From Myxococcota bacterium (lineage in GTDB: Bacteria > Myxococcota_A > UBA9160 > UBA6930), in contig OZ245002.1 in the NCBI GenBank assembly GCA_965223415.1, positions 4,512,001 through 4,576,000 on the forward strand: a stretch of 64,000 nucleotides of DNA. Reading direction: 5' to 3'. The notes beneath the pieces were generated by a model. It did no database searches. It saw nothing but the letters and a program-made list of their open reading frames with translations, and was not told where the DNA came from. Numbering within the stretch: the stretch's first letter is position 1; each line of letters opens with the position of its first letter. This document shows positions 24,399 to 33,489 of this stretch, piece by piece. Both the position numbers and the translations under genes were made by a program.

Positions 24399-25705
24399 GC
24401 GCGGCCCGGGAGCGGCTGACGCGCACCCATCGCGCGGCCCGGGAGCGGCTGGCACGCATCCATCGCGCGGCCCTGGCGGGGGTCCAACCGGAAGCCTGCA
24501 CGGCGCCCGGGGCGGCGGAGCTGGCGGCGGGCCGCCCGCTGCGTCTCGTGGCAGCGGGCAAGGCAGCGGCGCCCATGGCGCGGGCGCTGGAGCGGGCCGC
24601 CGGCGCGCGCATCCGGGAAGGCCTCGTCGTCACGAAGGACGGCCACGGCCTTCCCCTCGAGCGATGCCTGCTCCTCGAGGCGGGGCACCCGGTTCCCGAC
24701 GGGCGCAGTGCGGCGGCGGGGCGGGAGGTGCTGGCCGTGGCCGAGCGCACCGCGCCCGACGAGGCCTTCGTGCTGCTGCTCTCCGGCGGCGCGTCCTCGC
24801 TGCTGTCCACGCCGACCGGCGCGCTCACGCCCGAGGACCTGGCCCAGGCGACCCGCGTGCTGCTCGCGGCGGGGGGCGACATCGCACAGCTCAACACCCT
24901 GCGCCGCCACCTGACCGCGGTGTCCGGGGGACGCCTGGCTCGCGCGGCCTCCCGGGCGGCGGAGATCCACGTGCTCGCGATCTCCGACGTGCCCGGCGGC
25001 GCGCCGGCGGACCTGGGCTCCGGGCCCTGCGCCGCGGACCCCACCACCTTTGGCGACGCCTGCGCGGCGGTTGCGTCCCTGGGCGCGTGGGACCGGCTGC
25101 CGACGGCGGTGCGCGCACACCTGGAGGCGGCGCAGGAGGAGAGCGTGAAGCCGGGCGACCCGGTCCTCGCGCGGGTGCACACCCGCATCGTCGCGTCGAA
25201 CCGGACGGCGCGCCGCGCGGCCCTCGACGCCGGCCGGGAGGAGGGCCTGCGGGCGGTCGACCTCGGGGGAGGCCTGCGGGGCGAGGCTCGGGTGGCCGGC
25301 CGGCGGTTGGTCCAGCTCGCGCGGAGCCTCGCCCCCGCCGAGCCCACGCTCCTGGTCATCGGCGGCGAGACCACCGTGGGCGTGCGGGGCAAGGGGAGGG
25401 GAGGGCGCTCCCAGGAGCTCGCCCTGGCGGCGGCCCTGGCGCTCGAGGATGCGCCGCACATCGTGCTCCTCGCCGCGGGCACCGACGGCACCGACGGCCC
25501 CACCGACGCCGCCGGCGCCTTCGCCGACGCCGGCAGCGTGGCGCGCGGCCGCACCGCCGGCGCCTCCGCCGAGGCCCACCTCGCCGACAACGACGCCTAC
25601 ACCTTCTTCGCCGCCGAGGGCGGCCTCCTCGTCACCGGCCCGACCCGCACGAACGTCATGGACCTCGTCCTGATCGAGGTCGGTGAGACAAGGGGACGTT
25701 CCTGA
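24395..25705 (+). CDS. Glycerate kinase class II / hydroxypyruvate reductase (MOFRL family)
   Basis: AGKAAAPMA, AGHPVPD, LLSGGASSL, GGETTV, GRGGRSQE, GTDGTDG, TGPTRTNVMD. Confidence 0.92.
   Translation: MSAARERLTRTHRAARERLARIHRAALAGVQPEACTAPGAAELAAGRPLRLVAAGKAAAPMARALERAAGARIREGLVVTKDGHGLPLERCLLLEAGHPVPDGRSAAAGREVLAVAERTAPDEAFVLLLSGGASSLLSTPTGALTPEDLAQATRVLLAAGGDIAQLNTLRRHLTAVSGGRLARAASRAAEIHVLAISDVPGGAPADLGSGPCAADPTTFGDACAAVASLGAWDRLPTAVRAHLEAAQEESVKPGDPVLARVHTRIVASNRTARRAALDAGREEGLRAVDLGGGLRGEARVAGRRLVQLARSLAPAEPTLLVIGGETTVGVRGKGRGGRSQELALAAALALEDAPHIVLLAAGTDGTDGPTDAAGAFADAGSVARGRTAGASAEAHLADNDAYTFFAAEGGLLVTGPTRTNVMDLVLIEVGETRGRS
24399..24473 (+). repeat. 33-bp in-frame duplication at the glycerate kinase N-terminus
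   Basis: Encodes AARERLTRTHR / AARERLARIHR / AA; 2.3 copies right after the GTG. Confidence 0.85.
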
Positions 25706-25778
25706 CTGTCTCACTCCCATTGGGGTGCCCTGGTTCGCATCGAGGAGTGAGACAGTCAGGAACGTCCCCTTGTCTCAC
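25683..25778. repeat. Perfect 35-bp inverted repeat pair with 26-bp spacer (REPIN/MITE-like)
   Basis: gtgagacaaggggacgttcctgactgtctcactcc (25683-25717) and its exact reverse complement (25744-25778); each arm is itself a gtgagaca/tgtctcac hairpin. Confidence 0.9.
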
Positions 25779-25793
25779 TGCTAGGCTCCGGCG

Positions 25794-27167
25794 GTGCAAC
25801 CGGCTGGCTCTCCTTCGCTGCTCGCGCTGTCGACCCGCTTCCTGGTGCTGCTCGGCCTGATCGGGCGGGCGGCCGGCATCTGGCTGGCGATCGTGCTGGA
25901 CGGGCGGGGCGTCTGGCGGGCGGCGCCGGGGGCCCTGGACGCCCGGCAGGTCCGCTTCGCCCGGCGCTTCGTGGCGGTGGCGAACCGCTTCAAGGGTGGG
26001 CTGATCAAGCTCGGCCAGGTGGCGAGCCTGCGGGTGGACGTGTTCCCCGAGGAGGTGAGCGACGAGCTGGCCCGTCTCCAGGATCGGGTCGCGCCCCATC
26101 CGGTCGCGGAGATCCGCGGCCAGCTCCAGGCCCAGCTCGGTCGGCCCGTCGCGGAGGTCTTCCCCCGCTTCGACGACGAGCCCCTGGCCGCCGCCAGCCT
26201 CGGGCAGGTGCACGAGGCGGAGCTCGCGAGTGGCGAGCGGGTGGCGGTGAAGGTTCTCTACCCGGGCGTGGAACGCTCCGTGGCCATCGACCTGCTGGCC
26301 GCGCGCATCGGGCTCTGGCTCTTCGACTGGGTGACGGTGGCGGACCTCCGCCAGGTGCACCGGGAGCTCGCCGAGTCCATCCACGGCGAGATGGACTACG
26401 AGCGGGAAGGGCGAGCCGCCGAAGAGGTGGCGGCCAACCTGGGCCGGGATCCCGACGTGGTGGCACGCGTGCGCATCCCGGCGATCCACTGGGATGCGAC
26501 GGCGCCCCGGGTGCTCACCATGGAGTTCCTGGACGGCTGCAAGGTCAACGACCCGGCGGGCGTCCAGGCTCGCGGCGCCGACGGGGAGAGCCTGGTCCTG
26601 TGGGCGACCCGGGCCTTCCTCCACATGATGTTCCGCGACGGCTTCTTCCACTGTGATCCGCACCCGGGCAACCTGCTCGTCTGCGACGACGGGCGCCTCG
26701 GCATCATCGACTTCGGCATGAACAAGCGGATCGAGCCCGAGGTGATGGCGATGCTGCGGGAGACCCTGCTCTCCACCGTGAGCCGGGACGAGCGGCGCTA
26801 TGCGGCGGCGCTGCTGGCCGCCGACGTGATCGACGCCGCCGACCGGGACGCGGTGGAGGAGATCTTGCGTATCTCCTTCTCTCCCGAGTACTGGAATCTC
26901 ACCCCCAAGGAGGTGGCCGAGATCGACTTCACGGTCTACCTGCGGCGCATGCGTGCCCAGCTCAAGCGGGTGAAGAGCTTCCGCCTCCCCGACGGCCTGG
27001 TCATGTGGTCCCGGGCGCTCTCGCTGCTGCTCGGTCTCGCCACCGAGCTGGCCCCGGGCATCCGGCCCCTCGAGGTGGTGGGCCCCTATGTCGTGACCTT
27101 CCTGGCGGGGGAGCTCCCGGGACCCGCCTCCGGGCCCCGATCCGCGCCCGGGCTGGCGCCGGCATGA
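25794..27167 (+). CDS. ABC1/UbiB/AarF-family atypical kinase
   Basis: IKLGQ, LQD, AAASLGQVH, VAVKV, HCDPHPGN, DFG motifs. Confidence 0.93.
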   Translation: MQPAGSPSLLALSTRFLVLLGLIGRAAGIWLAIVLDGRGVWRAAPGALDARQVRFARRFVAVANRFKGGLIKLGQVASLRVDVFPEEVSDELARLQDRVAPHPVAEIRGQLQAQLGRPVAEVFPRFDDEPLAAASLGQVHEAELASGERVAVKVLYPGVERSVAIDLLAARIGLWLFDWVTVADLRQVHRELAESIHGEMDYEREGRAAEEVAANLGRDPDVVARVRIPAIHWDATAPRVLTMEFLDGCKVNDPAGVQARGADGESLVLWATRAFLHMMFRDGFFHCDPHPGNLLVCDDGRLGIIDFGMNKRIEPEVMAMLRETLLSTVSRDERRYAAALLAADVIDAADRDAVEEILRISFSPEYWNLTPKEVAEIDFTVYLRRMRAQLKRVKSFRLPDGLVMWSRALSLLLGLATELAPGIRPLEVVGPYVVTFLAGELPGPASGPRSAPGLAPA

Positions 27168-27210
27168 GCTGGTCGGCAGGGCCGCACCGTCCGCGTTACT
27201 CTGCCCCGCC

Positions 27211-27696
27211 ATGCCCGTCGACGCGGAGCAGTACAAGCAGGCCATGGGATGCTGGGCGACCGGGGTGACGATCGTCACGGCTCGCGCCGGCGATCAGGTG
27301 CACGGCATGACCGTCTCGGACTTCGCGGGCCTGTCCCTCGATCCGCCGCTGGTGATCGTCTGCGCCGACCGGACCTCCAACACCCTCGGGGTCGTGGAGA
27401 AGGGCCGCTGCTTCGCGGTGAACGTGCTGGCGGCCGGCCAGGAGGCGCTCTCGAACAAGTTCGCGTCCAAGAAACAGGAATGGGAGCGCTTCGACGGCCT
27501 CGATTGCGCCACGGCCGCCACCGGCGCCCCCCTCCTCCCGGGAGCCCTGGTCGGCCTCGACTGCAGCCTGGAGGCGACCCACGAGGGCGGCGACCACGTG
27601 ATCCTGGTCGGCCGGGTCCAGGAAATCGTGAATCGCGAGGGCGATCCTCTCGTCTACTATGCTGGGGCCTATCGCGGCCTCTCAGCGGCCGGCTGA
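27211..27696 (+). CDS. Flavin reductase family protein
   Basis: WATGVTIVT, GMTVS, LSLDPPLV, FAVNVL, GGDHVILVGRV, PLVYY. Confidence 0.93.
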   Translation: MPVDAEQYKQAMGCWATGVTIVTARAGDQVHGMTVSDFAGLSLDPPLVIVCADRTSNTLGVVEKGRCFAVNVLAAGQEALSNKFASKKQEWERFDGLDCATAATGAPLLPGALVGLDCSLEATHEGGDHVILVGRVQEIVNREGDPLVYYAGAYRGLSAAG

Positions 27697-27709
27697 TCCG
27701 GCTCCAACC

Positions 27710-27751
27710 ACCCACCACCCAAGACCCACCACCCAAGACCCACCACCCAAG
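27710..27751. repeat. 14-bp tandem repeat x3 abutting an RBS
   Basis: acccaccacccaag at 27710, 27724 and 27738, running into aaggag...ATG 27760. Confidence 0.9.
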
Positions 27752-27759
27752 GAGAAGTC

Positions 27760-28269
27760 ATGCGCTCCATCATGTTCGTTCTCGTGGCGGCGGTCCCGTT
27801 CCTCGCGGCGGCCCACGCCCAGGCGGCCAGCTGCTCGGCCTTCGGCAAGATCCTGTCCTACGACGCGGCAGGCAAGACCGTCGAGGTCGAGTTCACCAAA
27901 GGCAAGCCCACCAAGTTCTTCCCGCGGCCGGAAGGCGCCACCGGCGACATCACCAAGATCCCGAAGAAGTGCAAGCGCAGCGCGCTCAAGAACCCGACGC
28001 TGCCGGTCAAGCCCACCGGCGGTCGCATGAGCGTGACCCAGGTGCGGAACAACCTCACCGGCAAGATGCTGAACGACACCGAGAGCGCCGACTGGTTCAA
28101 GGCCGAGATCGACCGGCTGGTCGCCAGCGGCGACGAGCTGGCCCTGGTGCTGCGCCCCGGCAAGAAGCGGGGCGATCCGGCGCCGCTCACGACGATCTAC
28201 CTGCCCGCCACCGCCGAGGACATGGCGGAGATCGCTCGCATGGAGGCGCAGGTCTCCGACGTGGACTAG
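27760..28269 (+). CDS. Hypothetical secreted protein
   Basis: AAGGAG SD; Sec signal ending AQA; Lys-rich; two Cys. Confidence 0.8.
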   Translation: MRSIMFVLVAAVPFLAAAHAQAASCSAFGKILSYDAAGKTVEVEFTKGKPTKFFPRPEGATGDITKIPKKCKRSALKNPTLPVKPTGGRMSVTQVRNNLTGKMLNDTESADWFKAEIDRLVASGDELALVLRPGKKRGDPAPLTTIYLPATAEDMAEIARMEAQVSDVD

Positions 28270-28277
28270 GTCCGCGC

Positions 28278-28913
28278 TTGGACCCGGTCCGACTCGTCGT
28301 CTACTCGGACTACCTCTGCCCCTGGTGCTACCTGGCGTCCCACCGCCTGCACCAGGTGCAGGAGGAGCTCGGCGACGGGCTCGAGCTGGAGTGGCGCAGC
28401 TACCTGCTGCGCCCCCAGCCCGGGCCCGGCCGGGACCTCGAGAAGTTCATGCGATACACGCAGAGCTGGATGCGGCCGGCGTCGGAGCCGGACGCTCCAC
28501 GCTTCGTGGTGTGGGAGAGCAGCGAGGGTCCGCCCACGCACAGCGTTCCCGCCCACCTGGTGGCGAAGGCCGCCGCGCGGGTGTCCGAGGAGGCGTTCGG
28601 GCGCATGCACGAGCGCCTGCTCCGCGCCTACTTCGAGGAGAGCCGGGACATCAGCCGCGGCCCCGTGCTTCGCGAGCTCTGGGACGAGCTCGAGCTCCCC
28701 GCCGAGGGCATCGCCGTCCTCGCGGACGAGGCGCAGGAGCGCGCCTTGGTCCGGGAGGTGGCCCTCCAGCACAACGAGGCCCTCGAGGTGAGCATCACCG
28801 GGGTTCCCGCCGTGCGCGTCTCCGGCCACGACGCCTTCGTGATGGGCGCCCAGCCCGTCGAGACCTACCGCCGCTGGATCGGGCGGCTGCGCGACGGGGT
28901 GCTCGACGCTTGA
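28278..28913 (+). CDS. DsbA/FrnE-like thioredoxin-fold protein
   Basis: YSDYLCPWCY, GVP cis-Pro loop, GAQP; TTG start inferred. Confidence 0.88.
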   Translation: MDPVRLVVYSDYLCPWCYLASHRLHQVQEELGDGLELEWRSYLLRPQPGPGRDLEKFMRYTQSWMRPASEPDAPRFVVWESSEGPPTHSVPAHLVAKAAARVSEEAFGRMHERLLRAYFEESRDISRGPVLRELWDELELPAEGIAVLADEAQERALVREVALQHNEALEVSITGVPAVRVSGHDAFVMGAQPVETYRRWIGRLRDGVLDA

Positions 28914-29686
28914 GCTTTCCTCTCGATCGCTTCTCCCTCGAAGGGAAGGTGGCCGTCGTGACCGGCGCCTCGTCGGGTATGGGCGTGACCTTCGCCCACG
29001 CCGTGTCCGCGGCCGGGGCCCGGGTGGTGATCGCCGCGCGGCGGGCCGACCGCCTGGCGGAGGTGGCCCGCACCATCGAGAAGCACGGCGGCACGGTCCA
29101 GGCCGTCGAGTGCGACGTCGCCCGGGACGAGGACGTGGACCGGCTGGTCGCCGAGACCGAGGCCGCCTTCGGTCCCGCCGACCTGCTCGTCAACAACGCC
29201 GGCTTCACCACCGTGGTGCCGGCGGAGGAGCAGAGCGCCGAGGACTTCCGCGCCCACATGGACGTGAACCTGACCGGCGCCTTCCTGTGCGCCCAGCGTT
29301 TCGGCCGCCGTATGATCGACCGGGACGGCGGGACGATCGTGAACGTCTCCTCGGTGCTGGGCTCGGTGGCCTCCGGCCAGATCAAGCAGGCCGCCTACGC
29401 CGCCTCCAAGGGCGGCCTCACCAACCTCACCCGCGAGCTTGCCGCCCAGTGGGCGCGCAAGGGCGTGCGCGTGAACGCGCTGGCCCCGGGCTGGTTCCCC
29501 ACGGAGATGACCGGCGAGATGTTCGGCGACGAGCGCTCCGAGAGCTGGATGCGCAGTCGCACGCCGATGGGTCGCGGCGGCGAGCTCGACGAGCTGGTGG
29601 GCCCGCTCCTGTTCCTCGCTTCCGACGCCTCCGCCTTCGTCACCGGCCATGTCCTGATGGTCGACGGCGGCTGGACCATCGTGTAG
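28910..29686 (+). CDS. Short-chain dehydrogenase/reductase
   Basis: TGASSGMG, NNAG, YAASK, VNALAPG, VDGG; TTGA overlap with the upstream gene. Confidence 0.93.
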   Translation: MSFPLDRFSLEGKVAVVTGASSGMGVTFAHAVSAAGARVVIAARRADRLAEVARTIEKHGGTVQAVECDVARDEDVDRLVAETEAAFGPADLLVNNAGFTTVVPAEEQSAEDFRAHMDVNLTGAFLCAQRFGRRMIDRDGGTIVNVSSVLGSVASGQIKQAAYAASKGGLTNLTRELAAQWARKGVRVNALAPGWFPTEMTGEMFGDERSESWMRSRTPMGRGGELDELVGPLLFLASDASAFVTGHVLMVDGGWTIV

Positions 29687-29744
29687 CCCCGCGCTCGGCG
29701 GCTGGACCATCGTCTAGCCCGGCGCTCGGCGGCTGGACGATCGT
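29665..29744. repeat. 31-bp tandem duplication (about 2.6 copies) containing the SDR stop codon
   Basis: cggcggctggaccatcgtgtagccccgcgct at 29665, 29696 (2 changes) and 29727 (partial). Confidence 0.88.
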
Positions 29745-29787
29745 TTCGGAAGGGGTACGCTCCCCGACCCTGGCGACCCCAGGACGT

Positions 29788-29875
29788 GCGGCAGTGGCGG
29801 AACTGGTAGACGCACCAGCTTGAGGGGCTGGCGGGAGCATATCCCGTGGAGGTTCGAATCCTCTCTGCCGCACCA
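29788..29875 (+). tRNA. tRNA-Leu (GAG)
   Basis: Acceptor GCGGCAG/CTGCCGC-A-CCA; D arm TGGCGGAACTGGTAGACGC; anticodon arm CCAGC-TTGAGGG-GCTGG; long variable arm; GGTTCGAATCC. Confidence 0.97.
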
Positions 29876-29884
29876 ACGCCGGGC

Positions 29885-30304
29885 CTACTCCGCGCCCGTG
29901 CCGGCCTCTGCGTTGCCTGCCCCGGCGTCCGGCTCCGGGCTGCTCTCGGCCGGGATCTCCTCGAACCCGCCGGCGGCCGGCGCCTCCGCCTCTTCCTCCG
30001 CCGGCACCGCCTCGAACGCGCCGCCCTCCTGGGATTCCGCCCCGGGCAGCTCCTCGAAGAGCGTCGAGTCCGCGCTCTCCCTCGCGAAGTAAGCCAGCAC
30101 CAGGCTCGTGCACATGAAGATGACCGCCGCGGCGGTGGTGAGGCGGCTCAGGAAGTTCCCTGCGCCGCGGGCGCCGAAGACCGTGCTGCCGCCGCCGCCG
30201 CCCAGGACGGCGCCCATCTCGGCGCCCTTGCCGCGCTGGAGCAGCACGACGACGATGAGGACGACGCACACGAGGATGTGCAGGACCGTGACGAAGAGGG
30301 TCAT
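29885..30304 (-). CDS. secG: Preprotein translocase subunit SecG
   Basis: VVLLQRGKGAEMGAVLGGG...VFGARGAGNFLSRLT; follows tpiA. Confidence 0.95.
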   Translation of the reverse strand: MTLFVTVLHILVCVVLIVVVLLQRGKGAEMGAVLGGGGGSTVFGARGAGNFLSRLTTAAAVIFMCTSLVLAYFARESADSTLFEELPGAESQEGGAFEAVPAEEEAEAPAAGGFEEIPAESSPEPDAGAGNAEAGTGAE

Positions 30305-30325
30305 GGGCGCTCCTTACGCGCGAGT

Positions 30326-31078
30326 CTAGCGGTCGAAGAGGACGATCTGCGAGAAGCTCTCGGGCTCGAGGCTCGCGCCGCCGACCAGGGCGCCGTCGAT
30401 GTCGGCCTGGCTCATCAGCTCGCGGACGTTGTCCGGTTTCACCGAGCCGCCGTACTGGATGCGGATGGCCTCGGCGTCGCCGCCGAAGAGCTCGCCGAGC
30501 ACGCCGCGGATCATGGCGTGGACCTCCTGGGCCATCTCGGGTGTGGCGGTCTTGCCCGTGCCGATGGCCCAAATCGGCTCGTAGGCCACGACGATCTCCG
30601 CAGCGCGGGCCCGGTCGACGCGGGCCAGACTCTGGCGGATCTGGCCGCCGACGAAGTCGAGGGTCTGGCTGGCCTCGCGCTGCTCCAGGGATTCGCCGAC
30701 GCACACGATGGGCAGGACGTCGCGGGCCAGGAGCGCCTCGGCCTTGGCGGCCACGAAGTCGTCGCCCTCGCCGTAGAGGGTGCGGCGCTCGCTGTGGCCG
30801 ACGATGGCGTAGGCACAGCCCACGTCCACGAGCATGTCCGGGGAGATCTCGCCGGTGAAGGCACCCTTGGCCTCCGGGTTCACGTTCTGGGCGGCGAGGG
30901 CCACGTTGCTCCCGGACAGCGCCTGGCCGAGCGGGTGCAGGGCGGTGGCGGCCGGCGCGAGCGCCACGTCCGCCGCCGCGTCCTTCACGAGGGGAAGGAA
31001 GGCCGCCGCGAAGTCGCAGGCCTCCGACACCGTCTTGTGCATCTTCCAGTTCGCCGCGAGGATCGGTCGGCGTGCCAT
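30326..31078 (-). CDS. tpiA: Triosephosphate isomerase
   Basis: ANWKMH, GAFTGEIS, GHSERR, AYEPIWAIGTG, YGGSV, LVGGASL. Confidence 0.98.
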   Translation of the reverse strand: MARRPILAANWKMHKTVSEACDFAAAFLPLVKDAAADVALAPAATALHPLGQALSGSNVALAAQNVNPEAKGAFTGEISPDMLVDVGCAYAIVGHSERRTLYGEGDDFVAAKAEALLARDVLPIVCVGESLEQREASQTLDFVGGQIRQSLARVDRARAAEIVVAYEPIWAIGTGKTATPEMAQEVHAMIRGVLGELFGGDAEAIRIQYGGSVKPDNVRELMSQADIDGALVGGASLEPESFSQIVLFDR

Positions 31079-31089
31079 GGGGGTGCCTC

Positions 31090-32271
31090 CTAGTCTTCCA
31101 GGGCTGCCACGCCCGGCAGGGTCTTGCCCTGGACGAACTCCAGGGAGGCGCCGCCGCCGGTCGAGAGATGCCCGATCTGCTCGCCGAGGCCGAGCTTGTT
31201 GATGGCGGCCACCGAGTCCCCGCCGCCCACCACCGAGTGGGCGGGGGACCCGGCCACGGCCTTCGCCACGGCCTCGGTGCCCTTCGCGAACGCGTCCATC
31301 TCGAAGACGCCCATCGGGCCGTTCCAGAAGATCGTCTTCGCGCGAGCGGCCTCCGCGGCGTAGGCCGCGGCGGTCGCCGGGCCGACGTCCACGCCCATGC
31401 GCCCGTCGGGCACCCGGGCGACCACCTCCGCGGGCGCGCCCTGCTCGAGCTTCTCGACCACCACGTGATCGGTGGGCAGCAGGAGCTTCCGGCCCGCCTT
31501 CGCGGCGGCTTCCTCGACGCGCAGGGCGTCGTCGATCCGGTCCGGCTCGACCAGCGAGCTTCCCGTCGGCTCGCCCCGGGCGGCCAGGAACGTGTACGCC
31601 ATGGCTCCGCCGATCGCGAGCACGTCCGCGTGGGGTGCGAGGGCCTCCAACACCGCCAGCTTGTCCGAGACCTTGGCGCCGCCGAGCAGGCACAAGAGCG
31701 GTCGCTCCGGCTCCCGCACCGTCCTCAGCTGCTCGAGCTCCGCGCGCAGCAGGTCGCCGGCGGCACGCCGGGCCACGAGCGCCGCCACGCCCGCCGTGGA
31801 GGCGTGGGCGCGGTGGGCGGTGCCGAAGGCGTCGTTCACGTAGGCGTCGGCCAGCTCGGCGAAGCTTCGGGAGAGGGCCTCGTCGTTCTTCGTCTCGCCG
31901 GGCTCGAAGCGCACGTTCTCGAGCAGCAGCAGCTCGCCGTCGCCGAGGGCGTCGGCGGCGGCTCTCGCCGCCGGGCCGACGACCTCCGGGCAGAAGGCGA
32001 CCTTGCGCTCCAGCAGCTCGCCCAGGCGTTCGGCGACCGGCGCCAGGGAGAGCTCCGGCTTGCGCTCGCCCTTCGGGCGTCCCAGGTGGGAGACGAGCAC
32101 GACCCGGGCGCCACCGGCGAGCAGCCGGCGCAGGCTGCCGGTGGCGGCGCGGATGCGGGTGTCGTCGCCGACCTGCCCGTCGTTCAGGGGGACGTTCAGG
32201 TCCGCGCGCACGAGCACGCGCTGGCCCCGCACCCCCTCGGCGAGGAGGTCGTCGAGCGTCTTCGTCGCCAT
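31090..32271 (-). CDS. pgk: Phosphoglycerate kinase
   Basis: RADLNVP, SHLGRP, NDAFGTAHRAHAS, GGAKVSDK, WNGPMGVFE, STGGGASLE. Confidence 0.98.
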   Translation of the reverse strand: MATKTLDDLLAEGVRGQRVLVRADLNVPLNDGQVGDDTRIRAATGSLRRLLAGGARVVLVSHLGRPKGERKPELSLAPVAERLGELLERKVAFCPEVVGPAARAAADALGDGELLLLENVRFEPGETKNDEALSRSFAELADAYVNDAFGTAHRAHASTAGVAALVARRAAGDLLRAELEQLRTVREPERPLLCLLGGAKVSDKLAVLEALAPHADVLAIGGAMAYTFLAARGEPTGSSLVEPDRIDDALRVEEAAAKAGRKLLLPTDHVVVEKLEQGAPAEVVARVPDGRMGVDVGPATAAAYAAEAARAKTIFWNGPMGVFEMDAFAKGTEAVAKAVAGSPAHSVVGGGDSVAAINKLGLGEQIGHLSTGGGASLEFVQGKTLPGVAALED

Positions 32272-32284
32272 GCCGCGCGTGGGC

Positions 32285-33283
32285 CTAAGCGCGGCCCATG
32301 ATCACGGCGAGGTCGGCCACCCGCGTCGCGTAGCCCATCTCGTTGTCGTACCAGGAGAGGATCTTGGCGAAGTTGCCGTCCATCACCTTGGTGCTGGGCG
32401 CGTCGAAGATCGACGAGTGCGGGTTGCCGGTGAAGTCGGCGGAGACGAGGGGCTCGTCCATGTACTGGAGGATGCCCTTCATCGGGCCCTCGGCGGCGGC
32501 CTGGATGGCGCCGTTGACTGCGGCGTCGTCGGTGGACTTCTTGAGCTGCACCGAGAGATCCACCACCGAGACGTCCGGGGTGGGCACGCGCATGGCATAG
32601 CCGTCGAGCTTGCCGTTCAGCTCCGGGAGTACGAGGCCGATGGCGCGGGCGGCGCCGGTCTTGGTCGGGATCATCGAGAGGCCGCCGGCGCGGGCGCGGC
32701 GCAGATCGCTGTGGGGCGCGTCCACCAGGCGTTGGTCGGCGGTGTAGGCGTGGATCGTCACCATCAGGCCCCGCTCGATGCCGAACTCGTCGTGCAGCAC
32801 CTTGGCCACCGGGCCCAGGCAGTTGGTGGTGCACGAGGCGTTGGACACGATGCGGTGGCTGGCCGGGTCGTAGTCCGAGTCGTTCACGCCGAGCACGACC
32901 GTCACGTCCGGGTCGCCGGCCGGCTGGGTGATCAGCACCCGCTCGGCTCCGGCGTCGAGGTGCAGCTGCGCCTTCTCGCGAGCGGAGAAGAGGCCCGTCG
33001 ACTCGATGACAACCTGGGTGCCGAGCTTGCCCCAGGGCAGCTGGGCCGGGTCGCGCTCCGCCGTGATCGGGATGGCCTTGCCGTCGACCACCAGCGTGTC
33101 GCCGTCCGAGGCCACGTCACCGTTGAAGCCGCCGTGGACCGAGTCGTACTTCAGCAGGTGGGCGAGGGTGGCCGCGTCGACCAGGTCGTTGATGCCGACG
33201 ACCTCGATGTCCCTGCCCTGCATGGCGCGAAGGGCCAGCCGGCCGATCCGTCCGAATCCGTTGATGCCCACCTTGACCGTCAT
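32285..33283 (-). CDS. gap: Glyceraldehyde-3-phosphate dehydrogenase type I
   Basis: KVGINGFGRIGR, SNASCTTNCL, WYDNE; AGAGGA SD before ATG 33283. Confidence 0.98.
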   Translation of the reverse strand: MTVKVGINGFGRIGRLALRAMQGRDIEVVGINDLVDAATLAHLLKYDSVHGGFNGDVASDGDTLVVDGKAIPITAERDPAQLPWGKLGTQVVIESTGLFSAREKAQLHLDAGAERVLITQPAGDPDVTVVLGVNDSDYDPASHRIVSNASCTTNCLGPVAKVLHDEFGIERGLMVTIHAYTADQRLVDAPHSDLRRARAGGLSMIPTKTGAARAIGLVLPELNGKLDGYAMRVPTPDVSVVDLSVQLKKSTDDAAVNGAIQAAAEGPMKGILQYMDEPLVSADFTGNPHSSIFDAPSTKVMDGNFAKILSWYDNEMGYATRVADLAVIMGRA

Positions 33284-33489
33284 CGTGTGTCGTCCTCTCT
33301 GGAAATGGGGCCCCGCGGGCGGTGCGGGCGGCCTCCGGGGCGCCGGGTCCGCTGCGGGGGGAAGGGGGCCCGCGGGCCGGGCCCGGGGCGGCCGCAATGT
33401 ACCCGTCCCCCCACGGCCGTTCCAGCGGCAGAGTGCCCCGCTCTCTATCCTGAGGCGCTCGGGGCCGCCGGGCGCCGCAGGGGGAGGGG

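Noticed and set aside
29788..29875. tRNA as integration site of a genomic island
   Set aside because: No integrase and no duplicated tRNA 3' end seen in the window.
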